A DNA stretch of 63,947 nucleotides, filler included, from Nitrospinae bacterium RIFCSPLOWO2_12_FULL_45_22 (lineage in GTDB: Bacteria; 2-12-FULL-45-22), in assembly GCA_001803565.1 (NCBI GenBank). It is 6 parts of 6 records of this genome, joined end to end, with 100 filler letters (N's around TTAATTAATTAA, not from the genome) between each part and the next. Parts side by side here need not be neighbours in the genome. Positions count along the whole stretch, not along the records: positions 12,958 to 20,784 come from MHDQ01000148.1; positions 20,885 to 26,673 come from MHDQ01000149.1; positions 26,774 to 49,664 come from MHDQ01000150.1; 3 more parts are not named here. One strand, 5' to 3'. The position numbers and the translations under genes are program-made. Positions 18,924-28,397 of the stretch are shown in pieces (positions within the stretch are counted from its first letter, which is position 1; each line of letters opens with the position of its first letter). The notes under the pieces were generated by a model. It did no database searches, was not told where the DNA came from, and saw only the letters and a list, made by a program, of their open reading frames with translations.

Positions 18924-20483
18924 TCATTTTAATAATGCGGTTTTGTGGTAGTCGCCTGCCTGTGACCTGGCAGACAGGCAGGCTTTAGCCGGCGTTAATT
19001 TTTTTAGCATGGTAGTTTGTAACTCCGAGAGAGAAGCCTCTAATTGGGGCAATTTATGGGTTTTCAAGGTTAAGGATAATGCCTGTTCAAAACCTTCTAT
19101 GACCAAGCAGTTCAGCCTCTTAAATATCTTTTCTTCTTCTGGCGTGCTGTCAGACATATCCAAATCCCTGCCCTGGACATAAGCCAGTACTCTACGAGAA
19201 ACCTCCGCCTGGTACTCATATAAGAGCTGTACCCTGGGCTCAAAAGTATCGAGCCCAAGGAAATATTCCGAGCCGGTTTTTTGCCTGATCATGCAGTAAA
19301 GGGGATGGCCCCAGGAGATGAAGGTTGGGTGATAAAGGACATGACAGGTAGTAGTTGGGGTATGGAGGAGTTCCTGCTCTTTAAGGAACCGGAGATTCTC
19401 TGCTATATCTTCTAAGTTAGAAAAGGGTGCAAACATAATAAAACCGGTAGAGATATTCAAACCATGTCTCCGGCAGAGTTGTAATGCCTTTATACTATCC
19501 GTTACCCTAATATTTTTCTTCACCCTATCCAGCCACCGCTGGCTTCCACTCTCTATGCCCAGGAATATATAGCGTAGCCCCGCCTCGCTCAGTAATGCCA
19601 GGGAGCTCTCTTGAATATCATTGACCCGGGTTTCAAAACCAAAGACTATCCCAGGGGCCTGCTCTTTTATTAATCGCGCCAGCTCCATAGCCCGCTGTTG
19701 TCCGAACAACCCGGGGCCAAAAAAGTTAGGATCAGCAAAATAAAAATGGGATTTCAGTGGCTCTTCCAAAAGAGTTATAATTTCCCTGACAATATTCTGG
19801 GGACTGCGGCCCCGCCACCCTGCCTGATAACCATAAAAGGGATTAATATAGCAGAAAAAGCAACTGTTATAACAACCCCGACTCCCTTGAATATAAGTAA
19901 ACGTTGAATCGGTTTCAGATTGGATACGGCAGGGGAAAGGTAAAGAATCCAGCTCCATAATAGGCGATTGATAAGCCCCTTTAATAATGTTACCAGTAGT
20001 ATCCCGATAGGCTATACCAGGAAACCCTTGCCAGCTTTCCTTTTTTCCCAGGGCAGTGGCTAATTCAGCTATGGTAATCTCCGGTTCTCCCAGGGTAATA
20101 GAATCTATAACCGGGTATTGGGAAAGGATTAAGTCATAAGCAAAGGTAGGATAATAACCGAACAGATTGATATGGGCCGTGGGGTTTATATCTTTAACCT
20201 CTTTCAGCGACTGGATTATCTTGTCGGTATTTTCAAAACTATATATCAGTTGCAAGGATAAGAGGTAAGGCTCCTGGCCCATAAGGTTAGCGATGCAGGT
20301 TGGTATCTCAGCCAGACCCCAGCCCTTCTGTTGGGCATCTATCAGATAATGGGATATGCCGCGCTCTTTCAAGACTGCTGCTACATATCCCGGCATAAGG
20401 CAGGCTGTCAGGGGAGAATCTACTACTACATCATAACTCTCGGCAGTCCAGAACCTGGGATAACTTAGTATTATTACCGACAT
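18924..20483 (-). CDS. Cobalamin-binding radical SAM protein
   Basis: N-terminal B12-binding-like domain, GEPE, SRGCYNSCFFC (CxxxCxxC), F.DPNF, GIESG. Confidence 0.88.
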   Translation of the reverse strand: MSVIILSYPRFWTAESYDVVVDSPLTACLMPGYVAAVLKERGISHYLIDAQQKGWGLAEIPTCIANLMGQEPYLLSLQLIYSFENTDKIIQSLKEVKDINPTAHINLFGYYPTFAYDLILSQYPVIDSITLGEPEITIAELATALGKKESWQGFPGIAYRDTTGNIIKGAYQSPIMELDSLPFPCRIQSETDSTFTYIQGSRGCYNSCFFCYINPFYGYQAGWRGRSPQNIVREIITLLEEPLKSHFYFADPNFFGPGLFGQQRAMELARLIKEQAPGIVFGFETRVNDIQESSLALLSEAGLRYIFLGIESGSQRWLDRVKKNIRVTDSIKALQLCRRHGLNISTGFIMFAPFSNLEDIAENLRFLKEQELLHTPTTTCHVLYHPTFISWGHPLYCMIRQKTGSEYFLGLDTFEPRVQLLYEYQAEVSRRVLAYVQGRDLDMSDSTPEEEKIFKRLNCLVIEGFEQALSLTLKTHKLPQLEASLSELQTTMLKKLTPAKACLSARSQAGDYHKTALLK

Positions 20484-20528
20484 AACCTCCCCCACTCCCT
20501 TCTTCTGAGTAAGTATCCTAACCAATTT

Positions 20529-20659
20529 GGGTGTGGCTATTCTTTGTCATAACGCCCATATAATATAATTTGTAGTGGTCGAGCTTGCTCGACATTCCCA
20601 GCAGAGCAAGCTCTGCCACTACAGGGTTAATGGGCGCCTGACGGGAAATAGCCACACCT
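20529..20659. mobile_element. GGGTGTGGCTATT-type inverted-repeat element enclosing a REP doublet
   Basis: GGGTGTGGCTATTCTTTGTCA ... TGACGGGAAATAGCCACACC; REP doublet at 20571-20623. Confidence 0.72.
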
Positions 20660-20784
20660 AAATAATTTTAACAAACTGATTATGATAGATAAATGATAAC
20701 TTTTCAATTCTTTCCATCTCATTTGCCCCTTCTTGGTGACCTGGTGTCTGAACGGTTCCCATTTTTAAATAGGCTAACCGTAAG

Positions 20785-20883
20785 NNNNNNNNNNNNNNNN
20801 NNNNNNNNNNNNNNNNNNNNNNNNNNNNTTAATTAATTAANNNNNNNNNNNNNNNNNNNNNNNNNNNNNNNNNNNNNNNNNNN
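20785..20883. other. Artificial contig linker
   Basis: N-TTAATTAATTAA-N. Confidence 0.95.
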
Positions 20884-22092
20884 NGTGGGTGTTACTAAAA
20901 CATCGCACTTCTCGAAGGCGTCTTTGAAATCTTGACGGAAAAGGGTCCTGACTTGTTGGGCCTTACGGTAATAGGCTTCATAATAGCCAGCGCTGAGGGT
21001 ATAGGTACCCAGCATGATGCGCCTCTTTACCTCCGGGCCAAAACCTTCTTTTCTGGTCTTTTGGTACATGTCTAATAAGCCCTGGGCCTTCGGGGTCCTA
21101 TAGCCATACTTTACCCCATCATATCGGGCCAGGTTAGAGCTGGCCTCGGCGGTAGCTATGATGTAATAAGTGGCTAAGGCATAAGGAGTATGGGGCAGAG
21201 ATACTTCCAGACAAGTAGCACCCAGGTCTTCATATATCTTGAGTGCTTGCCTGATTTTATCCTCTACCTCCGGGTCTATCCCTTCAATAAAATACTCTCT
21301 GGGAACCCCGATCCTTAAGCCCTTTACCTCAGGAACCAATGCCTGGGTATAATCGGGCACGGGCAGGTCTACACAGGTAGAGTCAAAGGGGTCTTTACCG
21401 GCTATAATATTGAGCAGGATAGCAGTATCAGTCACATCCTTAGTCATCGGCCCTATCTGATCCAGCGAAGAGGCATAAGCTACCAGACCAAACCGGGATA
21501 CCCGGCCATAAGTGGGCTTCAGTCCTACAATACCACAATGAGAGGCTGGCTGGCGGATAGAGCCGCCGGTATCAGAACCTAAGGCTGCCATACATTCATC
21601 AGCGGCAACAGCCGCCGCCGACCCACCACTGGAGCCACCCGGTACATATTCCGGGTTCCACGGGTTATGGGTCACGCCAAAGGCAGAGTTTTCTGTAGAT
21701 GAGCCCATAGCGAACTCATCCATATTAGTCTTACCCAGGAATATAGCCCCATTGTCCCGCAACCGTCCTATGACCGCAGCATCATAAGGAGGAATATAAT
21801 TGGCCAGGACCCTTGAGGCACAGGTAGTCTTGATCCCTTTAGTACACAATACATCCTTGATAGCCAGGGGTATGCCCAGTAATGGCGGCAGGTGATCCCC
21901 TTTTGCTAATAATCTATCCGCCGCACGGGCCTGTTCTATAGCCGCTTCTGGGGTAAGGGTGATATAGGCATGGATTTTGTTTTCTACTTGCTCAATACGC
22001 TGTAGGACAGCCTTAGTAACCTCTTCAGAGCTTACTGATTTTTTCCGTAACAGGCCCTGCAATTCGTGGATAGTTAGCTGGTATAATTCCAT
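20884..22092 (-). CDS. gatA: Asp/Glu-tRNA amidotransferase subunit A (3' partial)
   Basis: [43 protein letters not shown]. Confidence 0.96.
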
Positions 22093-22093
22093 A

Positions 22094-22381
22094 TTATTCA
22101 ATAATCTTAGGTACTTTATAATGACTCTGTTCCTGGGCTGGGGCATTAGAGAGGGTGACATGGCCCCAGGGTCCTACCTTTACCTGGTCTTCTTTAAATA
22201 CATTGGTAAATTCCAGGATATGAGAGGTAGGTTCGATACCCGTGGTATCCAATTCATTAAGCTTATCCATATATTCCAGGGTCGCACTCAACTGATGAGT
22301 AAACTTCTCTATCTCCTCTTCACCCAATTCCAGCCGGGCTAACCTGGCCACATGCTCTACCTCTTTCCGATCAATCTTCAA
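22094..22381 (-). CDS. gatC: Asp/Glu-tRNA amidotransferase subunit C
   Basis: [24 protein letters not shown]...Y.VPKIIE; TTG start after GGAG. Confidence 0.93.
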   Translation of the reverse strand: MKIDRKEVEHVARLARLELGEEEIEKFTHQLSATLEYMDKLNELDTTGIEPTSHILEFTNVFKEDQVKVGPWGHVTLSNAPAQEQSHYKVPKIIE

Positions 22382-22391
22382 AGGTTGTCTC

Positions 22392-22829
22392 CTATTCCAC
22401 AATAGTTATCTGATCGCCGACCTTTACCCGGCCACTCTTTAATACCCGGGCAAATACTCCCTCGGTAGGCATAACACATTCCCCTACCTGATAGAAAATG
22501 GCACAGGGGTCATGGCAGACCTTACCTAATTGGGTCAGCTCTACCAAAACTTCTTCTCCAATAGCTAGCCTGGTACCGAGCGGCAAACAAGTCAAGTCAA
22601 TCCCCTCGGTGGTAATATTTTCTGCAAAATCGCCCGGCTTTACCTCTAAGCCTTTGGCCCGCATCTTCTCGATGCTCTCCTGAGCTAGCAAACTCACCTG
22701 CCGCAACCCTTCACCAGCATGAGCATCGTCCCGTAGGCCAAAATCCTCTTCTATCCAGACCTTCCCTACGGAGGTTTTCTTCTGACCTTTCTCTTTACTG
22801 ATATTAACCGAAATAACTTTACCTTTCAT
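22392..22829 (-). CDS. MOSC-domain protein
   Basis: [33 protein letters not shown]. Confidence 0.9.
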   Translation of the reverse strand: MKGKVISVNISKEKGQKKTSVGKVWIEEDFGLRDDAHAGEGLRQVSLLAQESIEKMRAKGLEVKPGDFAENITTEGIDLTCLPLGTRLAIGEEVLVELTQLGKVCHDPCAIFYQVGECVMPTEGVFARVLKSGRVKVGDQITIVE

Positions 22830-23346
22830 AATTCTCTCGGTCGTGCTCACCTGCTCTAACATATTCACCACTTCGACCACCTTTTTTACTGATCAATCTT
22901 ATCTCAGAGATAACCATCGCTTTGTCTACGGCCTTACACATATCATAGATAGTTAAGGCCGCAACAGATACGGCCGTAAGGGCCTCCATCTCTACGCCAG
23001 TTCTCCCCAGGCACTCGGTAGTAGCAGTTATTTCTATCCCATTACCTTGCTGTAATAGTTGGAAAGAGAGATCAATATGGGTAAGTTCCAGAGGGTGACA
23101 CAAAGGAATGAGATCCCAGGTTTTTTTTGCCGCCATTATCCCGGCTATCTTGGCGGCACTGAAGACATCGCCTTTAGCAATCTGATTATCCAGGATTAAC
23201 CGGCAGGTCTCGGGTTTCATATACACCACACCCCGGGCTACTGCTGCCCGTTGAGTAACAGCCTTTCCCGTCACATCAACCATCCGGGCCTTGCCAGTGG
23301 TATCCAGATGCGTTAGTCCCTCTTCCATTACCTTGGCCTTTACCAT
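22819..23346 (-). CDS. moaC: Cyclic pyranopterin monophosphate synthase
   Basis: [28 protein letters not shown]. Confidence 0.96.
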   Translation of the reverse strand: MVKAKVMEEGLTHLDTTGKARMVDVTGKAVTQRAAVARGVVYMKPETCRLILDNQIAKGDVFSAAKIAGIMAAKKTWDLIPLCHPLELTHIDLSFQLLQQGNGIEITATTECLGRTGVEMEALTAVSVAALTIYDMCKAVDKAMVISEIRLISKKGGRSGEYVRAGEHDRENYER

Positions 23347-23885
23347 TATGTTTTCCTGATCCTCTGACTAGCACCCACGTCTCTAAACGTGCTGTAACCT
23401 TTCACTGGTGTTGTCACCCTGAGCGGATCCATGAGAGCCTTCGCTTTTGCTCACAATGACATAATGATGGAAAAGTTGATGGATGGGTACAAATTACTTT
23501 AGGGTAACTGAAAAGTCAAGTTTAGGCCAAAGCGAACTTTTTCTTACCCCAGGGTTTACCCAGTGATGAGCCGAGGAATAGATATAGCTTGAGTAACCAT
23601 CTTATATGTTTGAGCAAAATTTTTTCTCTGTTTTAACAGGTGCTCTTCAAAAACAATGGAGAGAGCTTTCTGTGGGCTTCAACATGAATCGGTGCAAGGG
23701 TAATGAATGGGCATACATGGGATTTTTCCTCTATGCTTTTAGGATATTGCCTTGAAGACAGAGGTTTTGGTTGTGAGAATAATGGGAGATTTATGACAGG
23801 CTTGTTAAAGAGGGTATAATGTTTCAAGCATTCTGACAAAAGTCATTCCTTACGGTTTGAAATAAATGCCCCTCTGGGAATTATT

Positions 23886-23939
23886 ATGTAAAATATTTTA
23901 CTCAAAATTCTTGACAATGTAAAATATTTTACTTACACT
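23886..23939 (+). promoter_or_regulatory. Sigma70 promoter with two palindromic operators
   Basis: TTGACA (23911-23916), 17 bp, TACACT (23934-23939); ATGTAAAATATTTTACT at 23886-23902 and 23917-23933. Confidence 0.85.
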
Positions 23940-24010
23940 CTTGTTGATGAAGCTAAGTTTTCTCTGTTGCTATAAATCTCTAGATATCAGACATGGACAT
24001 GGAATTTTAA

Positions 24011-24307
24011 ATGACCTTAGAAGAAATACAATCATTGGTGTTAAAAGGCAGATACGATTATTCTAATAAAGTCAGATCTTTTATGGAAGAAGGATGGTAT
24101 TCTGAGGAAGATTTGGAGTGTTGTATTAGAAGTGCTACAAAGATTTACAAAGTGGAGAAAGATGAATTAAAAGCCTCAGTTGACGGAAAGAAGTATGTAA
24201 TCATTGGGAAAGATACATATGGATGTTTATTCTATACCTGTGGCAAAGTCATTAAGGATGACGAGGGTAAGCTTTATTTCTTTATTACAGCACATAAAGC
24301 AGATTAA
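24011..24307 (+). CDS. DUF4258/MqsR-like putative toxin (RelE-superfamily-like)
   Basis: 98 aa; KYVIIG and FFITAH pattern; directly upstream of a zinc-finger-HTH gene. Confidence 0.6.
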   Translation: MTLEEIQSLVLKGRYDYSNKVRSFMEEGWYSEEDLECCIRSATKIYKVEKDELKASVDGKKYVIIGKDTYGCLFYTCGKVIKDDEGKLYFFITAHKAD

Positions 24308-24318
24308 AGGGGAAAACA

Positions 24319-25161
24319 ATGTTTAATTATATTTGTGAAGAGTGCGGTAAGGGTACTGTCAAAGAAAAAGTTTTTGAAAATTATCGAACAAAAATTAAAG
24401 GGTATCCTTTTGTTGTTGATAAGGCCATAATTGGCGTTTGCGATCGATGCGGAGCGAAACATTTTAAGGCGAATGAAACAAAACGTTGGGAAGAACTTTA
24501 TAACAAGGATTTAGAATTAAAACATATTTCACTACTACCTGACGAAATTGAAGCAGTAAGGAAATCTTTGGGCCTTTCGATGGAAGATTTTGCGTATCTT
24601 ATCGGGTGTACACGTCAATCGATTTATAACTGGGAGAAAAAAGATAGAGAAAAGCCCCAATCTCGAATGGCCGATTTACTTATAAAACTTGTTCGTTATT
24701 CTTTTGAGGTTGGCAAAGTAGATGTTATCAATTTCCTTACAGAAGAGGCCAAAAAATTAGGAATTACGATAGAAGTGGCAAAACAAACTTCTTCTACCCT
24801 TATAGGTAACATAATCCACCTTAATGTTAAAAAAGTTCCCAGAGATTATTTTCAAAAGCCAAAAGGCAGTCTTTCATTAGCCGCTGTAGCAGTTGAAGAA
24901 AGAGAGATCACAATAGCTGAATCCTTGGAGCAAGAATTAACTGGCATTTTACATTATGACTATGGAAGGGCTGCTCTATCGTTAGAGATAGAAAAAAATA
25001 CAATTGGATTAAAGATCGTTGATTTTGAACTGGTAACAAATAATGATAGGCATTATATTAGGCAGGATGTAAAAATTGAAGATAACCGCATATTATTGCT
25101 CTCGGATACAGAATATACAGAAGATAAAGTTAGAGAAATCATTTTAAAGCCGAAATCCTGA
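24319..25161 (+). CDS. MqsA-like antitoxin (YgiT-type Zn finger + XRE HTH) with long C-terminal extension
   Basis: CEECG...CDRCG; IEAVRKSLGLSMEDFAYLIGCTRQSIYNWE; 280 aa. Confidence 0.75.
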   Translation: MFNYICEECGKGTVKEKVFENYRTKIKGYPFVVDKAIIGVCDRCGAKHFKANETKRWEELYNKDLELKHISLLPDEIEAVRKSLGLSMEDFAYLIGCTRQSIYNWEKKDREKPQSRMADLLIKLVRYSFEVGKVDVINFLTEEAKKLGITIEVAKQTSSTLIGNIIHLNVKKVPRDYFQKPKGSLSLAAVAVEEREITIAESLEQELTGILHYDYGRAALSLEIEKNTIGLKIVDFELVTNNDRHYIRQDVKIEDNRILLLSDTEYTEDKVREIILKPKS

Positions 25162-25173
25162 AAAAGGTCAAAA

Positions 25174-26346
25174 ATGGGTATGGAGGAGCATGTAGAAAGG
25201 TTAAAAAGACTGAAAGGGCTTCTTCGCGAAGCCTTCATTCTGCTTCCTGCTTTTAATAATAGACAAGAGACTCAACCATTAGACGAGCTTTTTAATAATA
25301 TTTGTAGATTACTTTTCACCGATGATTTTTACCTTCATCTGTGGGATGAAGGAGCCCTTTATCAATTAGTAGAGTTTTTCAAGGCTAAAACACCTAATCC
25401 AACAGTATACGGAGAGCGGCTTACTAAACTCTCAGAGCGTAAGAATTTTGTCCAACAGACAAATGAGTTCTTTTTCTCAATCCTTAGTCATGAATTTCCT
25501 ATGGAAGAAGTTGTCAATAGAGTATCTGCACTTACCAAGATTGATGAAGCAGCCTTCTTGAAACTTAAGGCTTCAGGCCATTTGCAGGATATTAGAGCAA
25601 GTAAGTCTCCTGCCTCAGAAAAGATTGAGGCTTTCATTGAACATCTTATAAATGATATGGGCGTCAATTTTGGAGAGGCAGAAGACGGTTTGAGGCAGGT
25701 TCTTGCTTCTATAAAGGCACAGGAAACCCCGGGAAGGGCAAACGCCCTTTTGGTTAATACATCAAGTAATGCAGGGATTCTTATTCCATTATCAACTCGT
25801 CTCCAACTCGGTAAAGGTGAAGTACACTGTCTCATATCTAGTGGTGGCGATTTCAAGACAGCAATAGATAGAGCCAGGCATTTGTTGCTCAGCAACGGTT
25901 TTCTCAATAGGATGGACGATGTAGATTATTCATTAGATATTACCGAGGCAAGCTATAGTGGGGATTCAATAGGGTTGGCTGCTGCTATTGCTATGTATGG
26001 TGCTGCCACAAAGCAATCAATAGACCCTTATACATCCTTTACAGGTAATATAAACCTTGAAGGTAACCAATACAAGATTACACCTGTTAAAGGAATTAGC
26101 CAAAAACTTGATGCTGCTATACTGAACGGATGTCGGCGTGTTTTTATCCCTATACAGAACCACTCAGAAATTAGTGGCGATTATACTAAAAAATTACAGA
26201 TTATTTGTGTTAGTGATATTACAGATGTACTATTGAAATTACAGACTTCACTTGAACCTCTCCCCGGCGATACACTCCAGATAAGAAAAATTAATTTTTT
26301 ACGGGCGTATTGCCAAAATACCCTCAACCCCGATGCCACACTTTGA
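25174..26346 (+). CDS. Unknown N-terminal domain plus Lon (S16) protease domain, no AAA+ module; possibly 3'-truncated
   Basis: SGDSIGLAAAIAM, FTGNINLEG, PVKGISQKLDAA, VFIP..N (Ser-Lys dyad pattern). Confidence 0.72.
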   Translation: MGMEEHVERLKRLKGLLREAFILLPAFNNRQETQPLDELFNNICRLLFTDDFYLHLWDEGALYQLVEFFKAKTPNPTVYGERLTKLSERKNFVQQTNEFFFSILSHEFPMEEVVNRVSALTKIDEAAFLKLKASGHLQDIRASKSPASEKIEAFIEHLINDMGVNFGEAEDGLRQVLASIKAQETPGRANALLVNTSSNAGILIPLSTRLQLGKGEVHCLISSGGDFKTAIDRARHLLLSNGFLNRMDDVDYSLDITEASYSGDSIGLAAAIAMYGAATKQSIDPYTSFTGNINLEGNQYKITPVKGISQKLDAAILNGCRRVFIPIQNHSEISGDYTKKLQIICVSDITDVLLKLQTSLEPLPGDTLQIRKINFLRAYCQNTLNPDATL

Positions 26347-26538
26347 TGGAATATAGCGGCCGATCCTTTCAAGAAAAGGCAGGCTTGACTCTCTTAAGAT
26401 GATAAGTAAATCTATGTCACTCCCTGGCACTGCTTCGCCTCTGGCAAAAGAGCCAAAGAGTATCACTTGCTCAATTTCAGGATAGTGTTCTCGAAGTTCC
26501 TTAATAGATTTTCGTAATGAGTGAGAAAGATTAGCCAT
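26299..26538 (-). CDS. Minimal nucleotidyltransferase (MNT), probably truncated
   Basis: LFGSFARG...GSDIDLLII; ends shortly after GIGV and overlaps the opposite gene. Confidence 0.7.
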   Translation of the reverse strand: MANLSHSLRKSIKELREHYPEIEQVILFGSFARGEAVPGSDIDLLIILRESSLPFLERIGRYIPSKCGIGVEGILAIRP

Positions 26539-26673
26539 TATTGGTTAAGTAATTGGCGCATCTTCAGTCGCAGGGCATTTATCTGAATAAAACCCTGGGC
26601 TTGTTTCTGATCATAAACCTGATCAGCTTCAAAAGTGGCATAGGAATCGCTATAGAGAGATTTTTCCGCCTTC
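26538..26673 (-). CDS. argG: Argininosuccinate synthase, 3' end (not in ORF track)
   Basis: [37 protein letters not shown]...*; TAATG overlap with next gene. Confidence 0.8.
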
Positions 26674-26773
26674 NNNNNNNNNNNNNNNNNNNNNNNNNNN
26701 NNNNNNNNNNNNNNNNNTTAATTAATTAANNNNNNNNNNNNNNNNNNNNNNNNNNNNNNNNNNNNNNNNNNNN
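26674..26773. other. Artificial contig linker
   Basis: N-TTAATTAATTAA-N. Confidence 0.95.
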
Positions 26774-27246
26774 TCATGAAACCCTGGCTGGCCTTGTACC
26801 GGCTGAAGATTGCGGTCCGGCAGGTCGCTGCGGATATGCAACTGGCACGGCTGCGGGCCGTCTCTACCAATGATCGGTATCGGGTGGTATTTGATGTGAA
26901 CAACAACCAATATGACCTGAAAAAATGTGTTACCGATGACTGTGATACCGCAAATGATACCGTGGAAAAGGATAACCAGGAACTGCCCAAAGGCATTGTC
27001 TTTGGCTACAAATCAGGCGCTCAGGGGCCGCCCGGTGGCCCTACTGGCGCTATTACTGATAGTGTTACCTTTTCAAGCGATAGAGCAAGCTTTTCTCCAA
27101 AAGGGACTGCTGGCCAGGGCACGGTATATATAAAGAACGAAAATGATGATACCGTTGCGGTAACCGTTGCTGAAACATCTACTGGCTTGATCAGGCTCTA
27201 TCACCTCAAGCCCGGAACCACTAACGACTGGGAACAGATCAGCTAA
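26774..27246 (+). CDS. GspH/FimT-like minor pilin (N-terminal prepilin part missing at contig edge)
   Basis: YRLK.AVRQVAADMQLAR.RAV, F.PKGTA..GTVY. Confidence 0.7.
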
Positions 27247-27467
27247 TTCTATCTCTGATAGGAAGCGACTAAGATAATATCATACCTGTGGGCCTCTTCC
27301 ATAGCATCGGGATAGATGATATAGGCAAACATGACTTTAAAGGGCGGGTAGGGCAACCAATTGACATCTAAAAACTTAAGGTATATCCTTAAAAACCAGA
27401 AATCCATGGGGAGGAATAAAAATGGTCAAAAGATTATGGGCCGTTGGCATTATCTTATTCTAAATCA

Positions 27468-28217
27468 TTAACGGCCTGAGCCGGTTAAGCCAGCAACAAG
27501 CATCTTTCTCCTGACAAAAGCCAGTTGCTGCTGCAAGGGAATCTCCATAGGGCAAAGATCATCACAGGCCATCAGCCCTACACAGCCAAAAGTGCCGTAC
27601 TCATTCCCTATCACCTCAAAATATTGGTCAGGAGAGCGTTCATCCCGGGGATCAATAAAGAATCTGGCCAGGCGGTTCAAGCCGGCAGAACTGATAAACT
27701 CTTCTCTAAGAATGGCAGTGCCACAGCCCGCTACGCAGCAGCCACACTCGATACAACGCTCAGATTCGTAAATCCTTAGGGCCAGGTCGTTATCCATACG
27801 CCCTTCCTGGGCGTCGGGATCAAATTCTTTATTGGTATGGACCCAGGCCTCTAACCGCTTATTCATCGCCCGGAACCAACTGCCAGTATCAACCGACAGG
27901 TCACCAATGAGCTTAAACACCGGCAGTGGCATCAGGGTGATCTTTTTGCGCAAGTCTTTAGTCATGGTCTTGCAGGCCAGCTTTGGTCGGCCATTTATCA
28001 GCATAGCACAGGAGCCACAGACAGCCGCCCGGCAAGAAAAGTCAAATATAAGACTGGGGTCTTGCTCTTCCCGGAGCCGGGTAAGGGCCATGAAAAGGGT
28101 CATATCCGGCTCTTCTTCTAATATATATTCTTGCATCTGGGGCTTATCCCCTGACACATTGGGGTTATATCTAAATATCTCAAGTTTAAGGGTGCGCAGG
28201 GCCATCTCCTCCTCCAT
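27468..28217 (-). CDS. frdB: Fumarate reductase/succinate dehydrogenase iron-sulfur subunit
   Basis: CRAAVCGSC, CIECGCC...C, C.G...C...CP. Confidence 0.92.
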   Translation of the reverse strand: MEEEMALRTLKLEIFRYNPNVSGDKPQMQEYILEEEPDMTLFMALTRLREEQDPSLIFDFSCRAAVCGSCAMLINGRPKLACKTMTKDLRKKITLMPLPVFKLIGDLSVDTGSWFRAMNKRLEAWVHTNKEFDPDAQEGRMDNDLALRIYESERCIECGCCVAGCGTAILREEFISSAGLNRLARFFIDPRDERSPDQYFEVIGNEYGTFGCVGLMACDDLCPMEIPLQQQLAFVRRKMLVAGLTGSGR

Positions 28218-28221
28218 TTGT

Positions 28222-28368
28222 ATAAGCGTTCAGCCTTCAGCGATCAGCAGTCAGTGAAACTTATCGTAAGACAAAGGGGGGAAATTTTTTCTTCCCCTAA
28301 CGCTCTCAACCTCACAACTCACGATTGGTTTTAGCTGAAAGCTGACGGCTGATTGCTATCTGCTGACT
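28222..28368. repeat. AGCGTTCAGC-(TCAGC heptamer) inverted-repeat element
   Basis: AAGCGTTCAGCCTTCAGCGATCAGC ... GCTGAAAGCTGACGGCTGATTGCT; same family as 36760 and 51058. Confidence 0.7.
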
Positions 28369-28397
28369 CAGTTATTTATCGCTATCTGCAACCACAT

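Noticed and set aside
23633-23839. 68-aa ORF divergent from the toxin-antitoxin islet
   Set aside because: No RBS or recognisable motif; may be decayed foreign DNA but cannot be supported
26538-27246. Functional link between argG/MNT and the pilin gene
   Set aside because: Separated by an artificial contig linker
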